Positions 19,856 to 30,997 of a stretch of DNA of 64,000 nucleotides are shown here, in pieces. The DNA lies in IMG/VR virus record IMGVR_UViG_3300046787_000286, positions 1 to 64,000 of that record; one strand, 5' to 3'. The notes beneath the pieces were generated by a model. The model did no database searches. It saw only the letters and a list, made by a program, of their open reading frames with translations, and was not told the DNA's origin. Position numbers and translations under genes: made by a program. Positions within the stretch are counted from its first letter, which is position 1. Every line of letters starts with the position of its first letter.

Positions 19856-20618
19856 AGAACGCGGATACATTATCCCTGCATTTAATGTTGGTAAGATTGA
19901 CTATGTTGACTGTGCTAGATCGTTAGCAAAAACGCTGTTGCTGCATCATCCTGATGCTAGAATCTGTTTGTTAACCAACGACAAGTCGGCGACTGATCAT
20001 CACTTGTTTGCTTACACGCACATAGTAGAAGACATTGATACTGCGAACCCTTATGCGAATGACACACTGGTGTTTAGTCACACACCGTTTAGGCAAACAA
20101 TTAAACTAGAAGCAGACATGATGGTTGCTAGTGCAGTTGACCATTGGTGGACACTGTTTGAACATCGTGATGTTGTTGTTAGTCGAGGCAGTAGGGACTT
20201 TTACGATCAACCTGCTACAAGTAGAAAGTATCGCAAACTGTTTGATAACAACAACTTGCCCGATGTGTACAACGCTATAACATATTGGCGAGTAAGCAAA
20301 ACTGCCACAGATTTCTTTAAACTTGTAAGGAAAATCTTTACAAATTGGGAAAGCTACAAGATTTTATTAAAGTTTCCCGAGGAAGTACCGTCCACTGATG
20401 TAGTGTATGCAATGGCTGCACAAATATTGGGACCAGAACAAGTGACATTACCTCCAGGGCTAGGTCCACAGATTGTGCATATGAAGACTGGTATGAGTCC
20501 GTTCTCTGCGCCACATTGGACTGATGAATTAGTTTGGGAAATGAATCCGCTACGTATCCAAACTGTGGCGCAATGGGGCTTCGTGCATTTACATGTAAAG
20601 GATCGTATAGATGAATGA
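19842..20618 (+). CDS. GT-A fold glycosyltransferase-like, paralogue of the previous gene
   Basis: TTG start with GGAGG RBS. 'TPFRQTIKLEADM' (ExD in place of DxD), 'PDVYNAITYW', 'TDVVYAMA'. Confidence 0.6.
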   Translation: MTPVEERGYIIPAFNVGKIDYVDCARSLAKTLLLHHPDARICLLTNDKSATDHHLFAYTHIVEDIDTANPYANDTLVFSHTPFRQTIKLEADMMVASAVDHWWTLFEHRDVVVSRGSRDFYDQPATSRKYRKLFDNNNLPDVYNAITYWRVSKTATDFFKLVRKIFTNWESYKILLKFPEEVPSTDVVYAMAAQILGPEQVTLPPGLGPQIVHMKTGMSPFSAPHWTDELVWEMNPLRIQTVAQWGFVHLHVKDRIDE

Positions 20619-20958
20619 AACTACACAAAACTTACTGGATGTATTTGCCAACTTAGCGCCCTGGCAACCGCCTGTTGTATTTTGGAGATTGCATTACGGT
20701 GAAGTAGGAGAGCCATTGTTTTACACCCAGGAAGATAAACCAGGTAATTACATTGATGTAACGCCTGAGCAATACCAACGTGCTAGCATGCAAGTTAAGG
20801 TAGTTAACAGGAAGTTAGTAGAGCTGTCAACTAAACGTACACGCAAGTTGATGCCTAGTACAACAGGAACTCCTTGCTATCTCTCTGATGTTAGCATTGT
20901 TGTTCCAACAACTGAACAGCACCAGTGCTGGAGATTAAAAACAAATGAAACAAATTGA
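20611..20958 (+). CDS. Hypothetical protein
   Basis: 115 aa; overlaps both neighbours as in an operon. Confidence 0.65.
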   Translation: MNETTQNLLDVFANLAPWQPPVVFWRLHYGEVGEPLFYTQEDKPGNYIDVTPEQYQRASMQVKVVNRKLVELSTKRTRKLMPSTTGTPCYLSDVSIVVPTTEQHQCWRLKTNETN

Positions 20959-21871
20959 CATCGCAGACTTAGACTGCATTTACCTATCGTATGATGAACC
21001 ACAAAAAGAAGAGCATTGGGTCAAGATTAAGAACATGGTGCCTTGGGCACGAAGGGTCGATGGCGTTAAGGGCAGCGATGCTGCTCACAAAGCAGCGGCA
21101 CAGGCCAGTAACACTGATAGATTCATTCTCATTGATGGCGACAATCTCCCCGACCCGTCGTTTTTTAATCAAACGCTTGTTCTTCCTACAGAAGAATACG
21201 AGAACGCTGTTTTCCGCTGGCGGGCACGTAACAATATCAATGGACTAATGTATGGCAATGGTGGTTTATCTTCGTGGACCAAGGAGTTTGTCCATAATAT
21301 GCAGACTCATGAAGCTTCCGACGGACGCACCGAAACCCAGGTCGAGTTCTGTTTCGATCCCCTTTATTGGGCTATGCACGATTGTTATTCTACCACCTAT
21401 CCCAATGGGAGTGCGTTCCATGCCTGGCGTGCAGGATTTCGCGAGGGTGTTAAAATGTGTCTTAACCGGGGTGCAAAGCCATCTGTTGCGGAGTTCCAAA
21501 GCCGTGTTCACAGCAAGAACTTGGATAACTTAACTATCTGGCACAACGTGGGTGCAGATGTAGAATACGGTGAGTGGGCAATTGCAGGGTCACGTATGGG
21601 CACTTATATGACTATGTTAACAGCATGGGATTATACTGCGGTACAGAACTTTGACGAGTTAGAGAAGTTATGGGACACTGTTAAAGATGATAATCCAAGA
21701 CATGTTGCGCTTAGAATCGCTACAGAGTTAAACGCACAACTAGACTTACCAATGATTATTTTAGAATCTGAACAAAGTGCTTTCTTTAAGAAACACTACC
21801 TTTCTAACTGGCACAACCGTGGCATAATGGTTAGAGAGATTGATGTTATTAGACAACAAGAAGGCTGGTAA
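20945..21871 (+). CDS. Glycosyltransferase-like (GT-A) protein
   Basis: 'DCIYLSYDEP', 'RVDGVKGSDAAHKAAA', 'FILIDGDN' DxD motif, 'AWRAGFREGVK'. Confidence 0.6.
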   Translation: MKQIDIADLDCIYLSYDEPQKEEHWVKIKNMVPWARRVDGVKGSDAAHKAAAQASNTDRFILIDGDNLPDPSFFNQTLVLPTEEYENAVFRWRARNNINGLMYGNGGLSSWTKEFVHNMQTHEASDGRTETQVEFCFDPLYWAMHDCYSTTYPNGSAFHAWRAGFREGVKMCLNRGAKPSVAEFQSRVHSKNLDNLTIWHNVGADVEYGEWAIAGSRMGTYMTMLTAWDYTAVQNFDELEKLWDTVKDDNPRHVALRIATELNAQLDLPMIILESEQSAFFKKHYLSNWHNRGIMVREIDVIRQQEGW

Positions 21872-21877
21872 CAGTTA

Positions 21878-23269
21878 ATGACCAAAAGCGTTTTTCAAAG
21901 CTCAGCAGATGAAATGCAAAGCAAGTTAGGTCCTGCAATGTGCCTTGCTAAATGGCAACAAACCAGTTTACACTTAACTACAGGGCACACCAATTCATGC
22001 TATCATCCTCCGTTGCACAAAATTGAACTGAGTGACATAGAAAATAATCCGTCTGGATTGCATAACACTGAGCATAAAAAACAGCAACGTGTGATAATGC
22101 TAAAGAACGAACGCCCTTCAGAATGTTCCTACTGCTGGAACATGGAAGACCTGGGCAAAACAAGCGATAGGCACTACAGATCAGGCGAACCTTGGGCAGC
22201 AGAACACTATGACACAATCAAAAACTCAACTGGACTCGAACGGGACGTTACACCTTCATACGTGGAGGTTAACTTTAATAATGCTTGCAATCTACGTTGC
22301 TCTTATTGCTCTCCTCAGTATAGTTCTAGCTGGGCCGATGAGTCCAATAGGCACGGCGCATATCCTACTAGCGTACCTCATAACGCACCTGAATATTTTA
22401 GTGGCAGTAGGAGACCTATCCCGTCTAGGGAAGCTAATCCATACGTTGATGCGTTTTGGGAGTGGTGGCCGGAGCTTTACCCTAATCTAAAACATTTTAG
22501 AATGACTGGCGGCGAGCCACTAATGGATAAGAATACACACCGTGTATTAGATTACGTTATAGCTAACCCCAGCCCGCAACTGCACTTGAACGTAACTTCA
22601 AACTTTTCAGTAGAAGAAGTACTGTGGCAAAAGTATCTAGACAAAGTCAAGCGCATTTGCGACGGCCGCATCGAACACTTTATGCAGTATGTGAGTTTAG
22701 ATGGCTTTGGATCGCAAGCAGAATACATTAGACACGGGCTTGACTTTAGATTACTGTGGGACAGAGTAAATCAATTCTTAACAGAAGTTCCTGAGTATTC
22801 TAGTTTGACATTTATTGTAACAATGAATAATCTAAGCGTGAATTCATTCAGCAGCTTGATGTCGGGCATATTTGGGTTGCGTCAGATATATTCTAAAACG
22901 TATCAACGTGTGTGGTTCGACACCCCTGTGCTTCGCGATCCTGCGTGGCAAAGTTTACAAATACTACCTGAAAGCTATGCTGACCGTTTGGAAACAACCT
23001 GGGCATGGATGGTAAATCCCTGTAAAGATGTGTCTGAGCCTAATCCGCTGCATGTGTTCAAGGACTATGAGCTTGCTAGATTAGATCGTGACATAGCGTG
23101 GATGCGTGAAGGGCAGAAAATGGACCCTGTGGAATTAAACAAGCGCAAAGCAGACTTCTATCGTTTCTTTTCGGAGCACGATCGACGTCGCGGCACAGAC
23201 TTCAATTTAATATTCCCTGAAATGAAATCATTCTGGCAGGAATGTGAGTACCATGCCAAAAACTCCTAA
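21878..23269 (+). CDS. Radical SAM protein 1 (N-terminal twitch/SPASM-like)
   Basis: CNLRCSYC (CxxxCxxC), 'MTGGEP', N-terminal CLAKW..CYH and CSYCW. Confidence 0.9.
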   Translation: MTKSVFQSSADEMQSKLGPAMCLAKWQQTSLHLTTGHTNSCYHPPLHKIELSDIENNPSGLHNTEHKKQQRVIMLKNERPSECSYCWNMEDLGKTSDRHYRSGEPWAAEHYDTIKNSTGLERDVTPSYVEVNFNNACNLRCSYCSPQYSSSWADESNRHGAYPTSVPHNAPEYFSGSRRPIPSREANPYVDAFWEWWPELYPNLKHFRMTGGEPLMDKNTHRVLDYVIANPSPQLHLNVTSNFSVEEVLWQKYLDKVKRICDGRIEHFMQYVSLDGFGSQAEYIRHGLDFRLLWDRVNQFLTEVPEYSSLTFIVTMNNLSVNSFSSLMSGIFGLRQIYSKTYQRVWFDTPVLRDPAWQSLQILPESYADRLETTWAWMVNPCKDVSEPNPLHVFKDYELARLDRDIAWMREGQKMDPVELNKRKADFYRFFSEHDRRRGTDFNLIFPEMKSFWQECEYHAKNS

Positions 23270-24329
23270 GCTAGTGTTAGACACATTCTCAGAAGTATAC
23301 AATCTACTAAAGCCTTATGCTGATGACGAATTCTGGGATTTGTCACAGCACGATATTATCCCGGGCGCCACGTATGTTGTAGGGCGCAAGCAATGTATAG
23401 ATCATCGCGAGCGTTTACTAGAGTTAGCAAATAACAACACTATACAGCTAGTTATAAGCAACCCGCACGAAGGTTCGCAAACACTAGCAGGGCAAATGAC
23501 ACGTCTGGGGTTCAAGAACGCCAACATCAAGCTAATAGGCGGGGGCAACATGCCTGCAGACTGGGACTACATACTCTACGATAAGTTCCTGCCCGAAATA
23601 CTGGACTACGAAGAAAACTTGATAGCAGCAGACTCTACTCTTGCAATATACAACAAAACATCTAAGCCATACCAGTTTCTTTTTCTAAATGGCAGAGCTC
23701 GCCCACATAGGGCAGACTTAATTCGCAAGCTCGCTACCAGATCATTGCTAAACAACAGCTTGTGGACCAATCTAGACTCAGGAAATGGTGCTGTGCAAAC
23801 ACTGCACCCAGCTTACGAAGTTCCTCGCTATAGAAACAATGCCACAACTGATCACTATGTCAAGTTCGAATTGTTTAATAATGAATGGGGAGAAATCTAT
23901 TTAGAACCTGCGCCTTATATTGATACCTATTTTAGTTTGATAACAGAAACAGTATTTGATATTCCTTATAGTTTCCGCACAGAAAAGATTTGGAAACCCA
24001 TTGTTATGGGTCATCCTTGGATAGCAGTGGCCAACGCAGGCTTTTATAGAGACATGCGCAACCTAGGCTTCCAAACATACTCGCATCTAATAGACGAATC
24101 CTTTGACAGTATTGAAAATAATACAGACAGATTGGATAGAATAGTCGATATAGTAAAAGATTTATGCAGTCAAGACCTTGCGGCTTTCTTGCAAGAGTGC
24201 TATAATACTAGTAAATACAATCAGCAACATCACAGGGAAATGGCCGCAAAGGTCCGAAAAGAATTTCCCGAACGCTTTTTCCAATTTATCAATGAACGAT
24301 CTAGAATACCGCCAGCAAGTACTGGATAA
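23253..24329 (+). CDS. GT10-like (GT-B) glycosyltransferase-like protein
   Basis: 'YFSLITET...RTEKIWKPIVMGHPW...LGFQTY...DESFD' resembles the alpha-1,3-fucosyltransferase C-terminal motif; start probably ATG 23253. Confidence 0.6.
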   Translation: MPKTPKLVLDTFSEVYNLLKPYADDEFWDLSQHDIIPGATYVVGRKQCIDHRERLLELANNNTIQLVISNPHEGSQTLAGQMTRLGFKNANIKLIGGGNMPADWDYILYDKFLPEILDYEENLIAADSTLAIYNKTSKPYQFLFLNGRARPHRADLIRKLATRSLLNNSLWTNLDSGNGAVQTLHPAYEVPRYRNNATTDHYVKFELFNNEWGEIYLEPAPYIDTYFSLITETVFDIPYSFRTEKIWKPIVMGHPWIAVANAGFYRDMRNLGFQTYSHLIDESFDSIENNTDRLDRIVDIVKDLCSQDLAAFLQECYNTSKYNQQHHREMAAKVRKEFPERFFQFINERSRIPPASTG

Positions 24330-25620
24330 ACTTTCACCTAGCTTTTGTGCTGCCAAATGGTACAATGCTACTATATGGCTGGGCTCAGGGCAAACAACCA
24401 GTTGCCATCACCCTCCTGCACATGCCATAGATGCAGAAGCAGTTAAAACAAACCCTGCTGCATTGCACAATACCAAACAAAAGAAAATTGATCGTTTAAT
24501 GATGCAAAATGGGGAAAGACCCTCAGGTTGCGAATACTGTTGGAAAATTGAAGACATGGGAGTAGATGCAGTTAGCGATCGTGTGTACAAATCCAAGATA
24601 TATCCCATAAAGGCTTTAAATGACGCATACTCGACACCTGCTGCACATGACGTGGATCTCCGTACTTTGGAGATTGCTTTTGATCGTACTTGTCAGTTTG
24701 CTTGTAGCTATTGCAACCCAGCATTTAGTTCTACATGGGTTAATGATATTAAACGTAACGGACCCTACACTAACTTGGTTAGCGATGGTAGGAATCACTT
24801 CACTCATACTCATGAGTCTAGTCAGCTATATCGCTACGGGGAAACCAATCCGTATGTTGAGGCATTTTTTGACTGGTGGGAATCGAGCTTACATAGAACA
24901 CTTCAAGAGCTACGAATCACAGGAGGAGAGCCCCTCATGTCCGCCCACACATGGAAGCTCATTGATTGGTTCAAAACAAATTCGGGCAAGAGTAATACAC
25001 GCTTGGCTATCAATAGTAACCTCGGGACTGAGGTCGACGTCACACGTTTACTGGAATCCACGCAGGGTCTAGACGTAGAAATATACACTAGCATGGAAGC
25101 TGTAGGTGCGCAAGCTGAATACATTCGCGACGGACTTGTATATGCAGACTGGCAAGCAAACGTAGATAAGCTGTTAAACGCAGGTGTTACAGTACACTTT
25201 ATGGCAACCATTAATGCTCTTTGTTTGGAAACTCTAACAGATCATTTAAATTACTTGCTGACCTTGAAAGAATTATACGGGCGTGATCGTGTTAATTTTA
25301 CATTAAATATTCTACGCTTTCCGTCATTTCAAAGTGCTCTAGTACTGGATCCAGATGATCGCACCTATTTTAAATTGGCGTTGCAGTCATGGCTAAACGC
25401 CAACGGCAACAGCCCTTTATTGCACGAACACGAAGTTAATCACACACAACGATTAATTGATTACTTGGACATTGTTAAAACACCGCACTCGGATACGTTT
25501 GACATGCCCAAGTTACTGAATGACTTTAAACATTTCTACGAGCAATACGACCTGCGTAGGAAAAAGAATTTAAAAGAAACATTCCCTATTATTGGATATT
25601 GGTATAATTTATGTCTATAA
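24292..25620 (+). CDS. Radical SAM protein 2
   Basis: CQFACSYC, 'ITGGEP', N-terminal CAAKW..CHH and CEYCW; start probably ATG 24292. Confidence 0.9.
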   Translation: MNDLEYRQQVLDKLSPSFCAAKWYNATIWLGSGQTTSCHHPPAHAIDAEAVKTNPAALHNTKQKKIDRLMMQNGERPSGCEYCWKIEDMGVDAVSDRVYKSKIYPIKALNDAYSTPAAHDVDLRTLEIAFDRTCQFACSYCNPAFSSTWVNDIKRNGPYTNLVSDGRNHFTHTHESSQLYRYGETNPYVEAFFDWWESSLHRTLQELRITGGEPLMSAHTWKLIDWFKTNSGKSNTRLAINSNLGTEVDVTRLLESTQGLDVEIYTSMEAVGAQAEYIRDGLVYADWQANVDKLLNAGVTVHFMATINALCLETLTDHLNYLLTLKELYGRDRVNFTLNILRFPSFQSALVLDPDDRTYFKLALQSWLNANGNSPLLHEHEVNHTQRLIDYLDIVKTPHSDTFDMPKLLNDFKHFYEQYDLRRKKNLKETFPIIGYWYNLCL

Positions 25621-27314
25621 CCCAGACTTTAACAACATTGCGTGAACAATACAATGTGCTAGCAGTGGTCGATTTAGACCAAACTGCTAGCATGAGTTAT
25701 TCAGACATGCAAGATTGGCTGCGTAATCAGTGTCAATCCTTGTATGCGCCAGAGTTCAACCCAGGCGACAAAATTATTTTTACTTACTCAACAGACACGT
25801 ATGTAAATGATGATAAGATTGGGTTATTGATTCGCAATTTACAAATATCCATACTTGCAGTTGATATTAGTACTGCATTTATCACAGTGGTTAGCACAAA
25901 CCCAACGTTGCTAGCAGAACTAAAGCTAGTGCAAGCAATGAGTGAACTAGATATAGCAATTGACGGTGTAGTAGTTGATGCGCCTTGGAACAAAAAAATT
26001 GTCAACAAGTACCCTAGCTCTATTAGGGAGTTGTACGATTATGATTCTGTTAACCCATTAAAGATGTCAATTAATGATTTAAGTGATCGCGAGAGGTCAT
26101 TGCTTACCAAAAGTAAAGTATTTTGCATATACCCTTGGACACATTTAAATGCAGGTCCAGACGGACAGGCGTACCCGTGCTGCATGACTGATTTTAAATG
26201 TTCTGTGGGGGACACTAAAAAAGATACTCTGGCTACTATATGGAACAATGACCCAATGAAGCAGGTGCGCTTAGACATGCTAAACGAAACGCCCATTGAA
26301 GGATGTAGCCGCTGTTACGAACAAGAAAAGTCGGGCTTTGTTTCTGGCAGAATCAGTGCAAACAAGCACCACGGACATCATATTAGCAAGGTACTAGAAA
26401 CCAACCCCGACGGTAGCCTGGACCAATTTAAAATGGTGTACTGGGATATTCGATTTAGTAACTTGTGTAATTTACGGTGCCGTAGCTGTGGGCACATTTA
26501 CAGTAGTCAATGGTATCAAGATCAGGCCAAGCTAGCAGGGCCCGCCTGGGCAATTAACAATCAAGTGTTGAATTATGCAGGGCGCACCGAAACAGATATG
26601 TGGGAACAATTAGAACCCCATTTAGAGTACGTGGAGCAGATTTATTTCGCGGGCGGTGAGCCATTACTAATGGAAGAACACTATAACATTCTTGAAGAAT
26701 TACTCAAGCGTGGCCGCACAGATGTTCGATTGATATACAATACAAACTTTACGCACACTAAGTTAAAGGACAAGTATGTGTTTGAATACTGGAAAAAGTT
26801 TGATAGTGTTAGCGTAGGTGCAAGTTTAGACGCAATGGGCCCACGTGGCGAGTATATTAGAAAAGGCACAAACTGGGCGCAAGTTGAACGCAACAGAGAA
26901 AAGATGCTTGAAATTTGCCCGGGTGTTGATTTTTATATTAGTGCAACCCTGAGCATTCTAAATGCCAAACACCTGCCGGACTTTCATAAAAACTGGGTGG
27001 AGCGTGGACTTATTAAAACTCAGGACTTTAACGTAAACATTCTATTAGATCCTTCGTACTATCGAATTGACATTGCATCAGAACAGTACAAAGAAGAAAT
27101 AGCTGCACTGTATCGCGAACACTTGTTCTGGATTGAACAACACGGTGATCATCTTGGCCGTGCTACTACAGGATTTGAATCAGCTATTAAGTTAATGAAT
27201 GCAACGGACAACAGCACGTTAATTCCCAAGTTCTGGGAAAAGACTGAGCAGTTGGATGCTTTAAGAAATGAAACATGCTTGGATATCATACCTGAATTAA
27301 AGGCGCTAAAATGA
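25611..27314 (+). CDS. Radical SAM protein 3 with ~170-aa extra N-terminal domain
   Basis: CNLRCRSC, 'FAGGEP', FCIYPW..YPCC and CSRCY. Confidence 0.9.
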   Translation: MSITQTLTTLREQYNVLAVVDLDQTASMSYSDMQDWLRNQCQSLYAPEFNPGDKIIFTYSTDTYVNDDKIGLLIRNLQISILAVDISTAFITVVSTNPTLLAELKLVQAMSELDIAIDGVVVDAPWNKKIVNKYPSSIRELYDYDSVNPLKMSINDLSDRERSLLTKSKVFCIYPWTHLNAGPDGQAYPCCMTDFKCSVGDTKKDTLATIWNNDPMKQVRLDMLNETPIEGCSRCYEQEKSGFVSGRISANKHHGHHISKVLETNPDGSLDQFKMVYWDIRFSNLCNLRCRSCGHIYSSQWYQDQAKLAGPAWAINNQVLNYAGRTETDMWEQLEPHLEYVEQIYFAGGEPLLMEEHYNILEELLKRGRTDVRLIYNTNFTHTKLKDKYVFEYWKKFDSVSVGASLDAMGPRGEYIRKGTNWAQVERNREKMLEICPGVDFYISATLSILNAKHLPDFHKNWVERGLIKTQDFNVNILLDPSYYRIDIASEQYKEEIAALYREHLFWIEQHGDHLGRATTGFESAIKLMNATDNSTLIPKFWEKTEQLDALRNETCLDIIPELKALK

Positions 27315-28696
27315 GCGCCTGGGCAGAGTTTTACAACAGTATTCGCGATCCTTCATGGCCGGATTGTAACAGTGAAACTGACTTTAAAACCTTGCCGCAG
27401 CACATACAGCAAGAGTGTTGTGAAGTATTTGGCTATGAGCCTGGCCACTTTGCAACCCACAGTAAGTTGCCCAATCGAGTATTTCCTATAAAGACTGAAA
27501 CTGCTTGCCAATTAAAATGGAATTGGAGTACTGTGTTCTTAACGTCTGAAGAAACTGCCAGTTGTCACAGAACAAATCATCACAAGTTTGACACAGGCTT
27601 GTTTGATTTTCACAATACTCCTTCCAAGCTGGATGATCGTGAACAAATGCTGCAAGGTAAATGGCCCCAGGCAGGCTGTGACTACTGTAAGAATATAGAA
27701 GACGCAGGCGGCGCCAGTGATCGTATTACCAATTTAGATTTCCCGGGCATGCATGCACCTGTTGAATTAGATCAAGACCCTACTGCTGTTAATGTAACGC
27801 CCAGGATACTAGAAGTGTATTTTGACAATACCTGCAACTTAAAATGCTTGTATTGCGGCCCGCACTTTAGTAGTTTGTGGGACGCTGAAAACGTACGAGC
27901 AGGTATCCCAGCATTCAATAAAAGTGCAAACATTGAACAAAATAAACAAAAGCTGTTTGACTGGCTAAAGTTAAACCGACAGCATCTCGGTGTGTTTAAT
28001 ATACTAGGCGGTGAACCATTGTATCAGCGCGAGTTGGAGCAGTGTTTAGACTTGTTTGAACAATACCCTGCGCCGGACCTAAAGCTACAAATCTTTACCA
28101 ATCTAAATGCCAAATTGTTACATGTACAAAAGATAGTAGAACGTGTAAACTCGCTAATAGATAGCGGGTGTATTAGGGAGTTTGAAGTTACTGCTAGTCT
28201 TGACTGTTGGGGAGAGCAGCAGGAGTATGTGAGATACCCATTAGACTTAGCAGTTTGGGAACGTAATTTTGAATACCTGCTGAGTCAACGCTGGATCAAT
28301 TTAATTGTTAGCTCAACAGTTACTCCTTTAACTATTAAAACTCTACCTGAGCTGCTGTTAAAAATTCAAACATGGAACAAGACTAGGCCTGTGTATCATT
28401 ATCAGAACTCTGTAAACAGCCCTAGCTATTTGTTCATTGATATATTTGGGGATATATTTAGAAATGATTTTGATCGTGCTGTTGCACTAAAACCCGCAAC
28501 TACCCCCGAAGAAGTTGCTAGTAAGAATTATCTACAAGGCATTGCAGCACAGTCTGCACACGCAGGTGCAAACATAAAAGAAATCAGCAAGTTGTTTAAT
28601 TTTTTAAATACTATAGACCAAAGAAGAAATACCAATTGGTCAACCACATTCCCCTGGCTTGTTAATGAGTTTAACAAATACGGATTAATTAAATGA
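27311..28696 (+). CDS. Radical SAM protein 4
   Basis: CNLKCLYC, 'LGGEP', CQLKW..CHR and CDYCK; N-terminal 'RDPSWPDC' module. Confidence 0.9.
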   Translation: MSAWAEFYNSIRDPSWPDCNSETDFKTLPQHIQQECCEVFGYEPGHFATHSKLPNRVFPIKTETACQLKWNWSTVFLTSEETASCHRTNHHKFDTGLFDFHNTPSKLDDREQMLQGKWPQAGCDYCKNIEDAGGASDRITNLDFPGMHAPVELDQDPTAVNVTPRILEVYFDNTCNLKCLYCGPHFSSLWDAENVRAGIPAFNKSANIEQNKQKLFDWLKLNRQHLGVFNILGGEPLYQRELEQCLDLFEQYPAPDLKLQIFTNLNAKLLHVQKIVERVNSLIDSGCIREFEVTASLDCWGEQQEYVRYPLDLAVWERNFEYLLSQRWINLIVSSTVTPLTIKTLPELLLKIQTWNKTRPVYHYQNSVNSPSYLFIDIFGDIFRNDFDRAVALKPATTPEEVASKNYLQGIAAQSAHAGANIKEISKLFNFLNTIDQRRNTNWSTTFPWLVNEFNKYGLIK

Positions 28697-29901
28697 ATAT
28701 TCCACACGATAAATTTTGCGTACTACCTTGGATCAGCTTAGAAGCATCACCCATTGGTACTGTGCGCCCATGCTGTTTGGCAAAATATGAACTGTACGAC
28801 AATGATGGCAGCAAGTTTAATCTAGCCACAGCTAAGTTTACTGGCATACAGAACTCTACAGAAATGCGCTCGTTGCGCGAACAGTTCCTAGAAGGCACAA
28901 AGCCTGCCACATGCGAAAAGTGCTGGGCCGAAGAAGATGCCGGACGTACATCAAAGCGTATGCACACACTAGATAGACTAAAGCACATGGGCATTACAGG
29001 GGACTGGACTACAGATGCCAAGCCTTTAATGTTCTTGGACCTAAAGCTGGGCAACATCTGTAACCTAAAGTGCCGTATATGCGGGTCATGGTCAAGCTCA
29101 CAGTTTGCGTCAGAAGAACTAAAGTTTGTGTCTGACAAAAAGAATTCATTCCATTATCAAATGCTTCGAGACGGTGCATGGCCCAGGGAAAACGAATCAT
29201 TTTGGACAGAAATAGATAATGCATTAACAGATATTCGTTACATTGAATTCACTGGTGGGGAGCCATTTCTAATACAAGAACACTTTGATATGCTGCAAGG
29301 CATTGTGGATCGTGGTATTGCGCACAATGTAGAAATACATTACAATACAAATGGCACTCAATACCCTGAGCAAGCCGAGCAGATCTGGAAGCACTTTAAA
29401 ACCGTGGAAATTGCATTTTCAATTGATGATCTAGACACACGCTTTGAATACCAACGCTCTAACGCTGTGTGGGCAGAAGTATGTGCTAACCTAGATCGAT
29501 TCCGCGACTTAAAAGAAACACATGCCAATATCAAGCTACAGATATGCACCACTGTAAATGTGTTTAATGTGTACTATATAGATCAAGTTGCAGATTGGAT
29601 TGCTAACAATAGAGAATCCTTTGATTTTGTATACTGGAATATGTTACACGAAATTTGGTACTTCTCTATCAGTCGATTGCCCCACACAGTAAAAACAGTG
29701 CTAGAAACACATTTAAACTCCTGTGCTATTCCCACTGAGTTTGTGGGAGAGTTTAAAAAGATTATTGATTTTATGAACAACGGCGAATCATCAGATGGCT
29801 CTGCTATGTTAGCAGCAATGAAACAATTGGATCAACGTAGAAATCAGAACTTATCACACGTAATGCCAGAGCTGGCAGGATTAATTGGTTATGACATTTA
29901 A
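28693..29901 (+). CDS. Radical SAM protein 5
   Basis: CNLKCRIC, 'FTGGEP', FCVLPW..RPCC and CEKCW. Confidence 0.9.
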   Translation: MNIPHDKFCVLPWISLEASPIGTVRPCCLAKYELYDNDGSKFNLATAKFTGIQNSTEMRSLREQFLEGTKPATCEKCWAEEDAGRTSKRMHTLDRLKHMGITGDWTTDAKPLMFLDLKLGNICNLKCRICGSWSSSQFASEELKFVSDKKNSFHYQMLRDGAWPRENESFWTEIDNALTDIRYIEFTGGEPFLIQEHFDMLQGIVDRGIAHNVEIHYNTNGTQYPEQAEQIWKHFKTVEIAFSIDDLDTRFEYQRSNAVWAEVCANLDRFRDLKETHANIKLQICTTVNVFNVYYIDQVADWIANNRESFDFVYWNMLHEIWYFSISRLPHTVKTVLETHLNSCAIPTEFVGEFKKIIDFMNNGESSDGSAMLAAMKQLDQRRNQNLSHVMPELAGLIGYDI

Positions 29902-30997
29902 ATGTAAACTACCCTGGCAGGCTCTGCACATTGTAACAGGTATGATCGCTCCTTGTTGCAATTTTTCAAGGGTAGGTCCACCGCCAGCTAGTCTTGACGA
30001 ATATATCAACAGCGCAGAACTAAAGTCTATTAGACAGCAACTGTCGCAAGGGGTAGCTCCTCGGGAGTGCAAGAACTGTGTTCACGAAGAAAAGATTTCT
30101 GGACACAGTCATAGAACTCTTTCAAATCGATTTGAAAATAATGATCCTGTGTATGAATTTGAAAATGTGTCTATTGTTACTAGCAATACATGCAATCTAA
30201 AATGCACTAGCTGCACGGGTAATAGCAGTTTTGTTCGTGGCTTAGAATTAACAAAAATGGGTCTAGCCGCCAAGTCACCAGGACATTTTACTCATACATT
30301 AGATATTGATGCGCTAATAAATTACCCCATTAAATCATTAACAATATCTGGTGGCGAGCCATTTGTTGATAGTACTAGAGAAGTGCTGGACAAACTTGTG
30401 CATGCGGGCCGCAGCACTGTGATTGATCTAAGACTAAATTCAAACTGCACAATGATAACACGTGACTGGTTAGAGTATCTTAACAGTAACTTTAAATCAA
30501 CCATGATCAAGGCCAGCTTGGATGGAGTAGGCGCAGTTAATGATTATTTGCGTTACCCCAGTAACTGGGATGAAATTGCAGCAAACTTAGCAATGCTCAA
30601 AGAATACCCACGCATTACTGCTGTGTTAGTAACCAGCGTATTGAGTAATCTAAGCGTGATTAGATTTCATGATCTTATCAATTGGTGTGTTGATAACAAC
30701 ATTGAAGATCTAGTGGTATTAACACTTCGTAACCCTGTACACATGCAACCACATGTGCTACCTGCAGAGCTAAAGCAACAACTGTTATTGACATATACTG
30801 AATTGAGAGAAAAACACAAACACGCTGGAGATCGCATTGTGGAATGTATTGATACATGTATAGGGATTTGTAGCAATCAAACCTCCACTGCTGATGAATT
30901 CACTCGCGCACTAGAATGGTATCAAGCACATGATCGCCATCGCGGCAATAACATATTTGATGTATTCCCAGAATTAAAACCATATGAACAAACCTGA
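29891..30997 (+). CDS. Radical SAM protein 6
   Basis: CNLKCTSC, 'SGGEP', CKLPW..APCC and CKNCV. Confidence 0.9.
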   Translation: MTFKCKLPWQALHIVTGMIAPCCNFSRVGPPPASLDEYINSAELKSIRQQLSQGVAPRECKNCVHEEKISGHSHRTLSNRFENNDPVYEFENVSIVTSNTCNLKCTSCTGNSSFVRGLELTKMGLAAKSPGHFTHTLDIDALINYPIKSLTISGGEPFVDSTREVLDKLVHAGRSTVIDLRLNSNCTMITRDWLEYLNSNFKSTMIKASLDGVGAVNDYLRYPSNWDEIAANLAMLKEYPRITAVLVTSVLSNLSVIRFHDLINWCVDNNIEDLVVLTLRNPVHMQPHVLPAELKQQLLLTYTELREKHKHAGDRIVECIDTCIGICSNQTSTADEFTRALEWYQAHDRHRGNNIFDVFPELKPYEQT

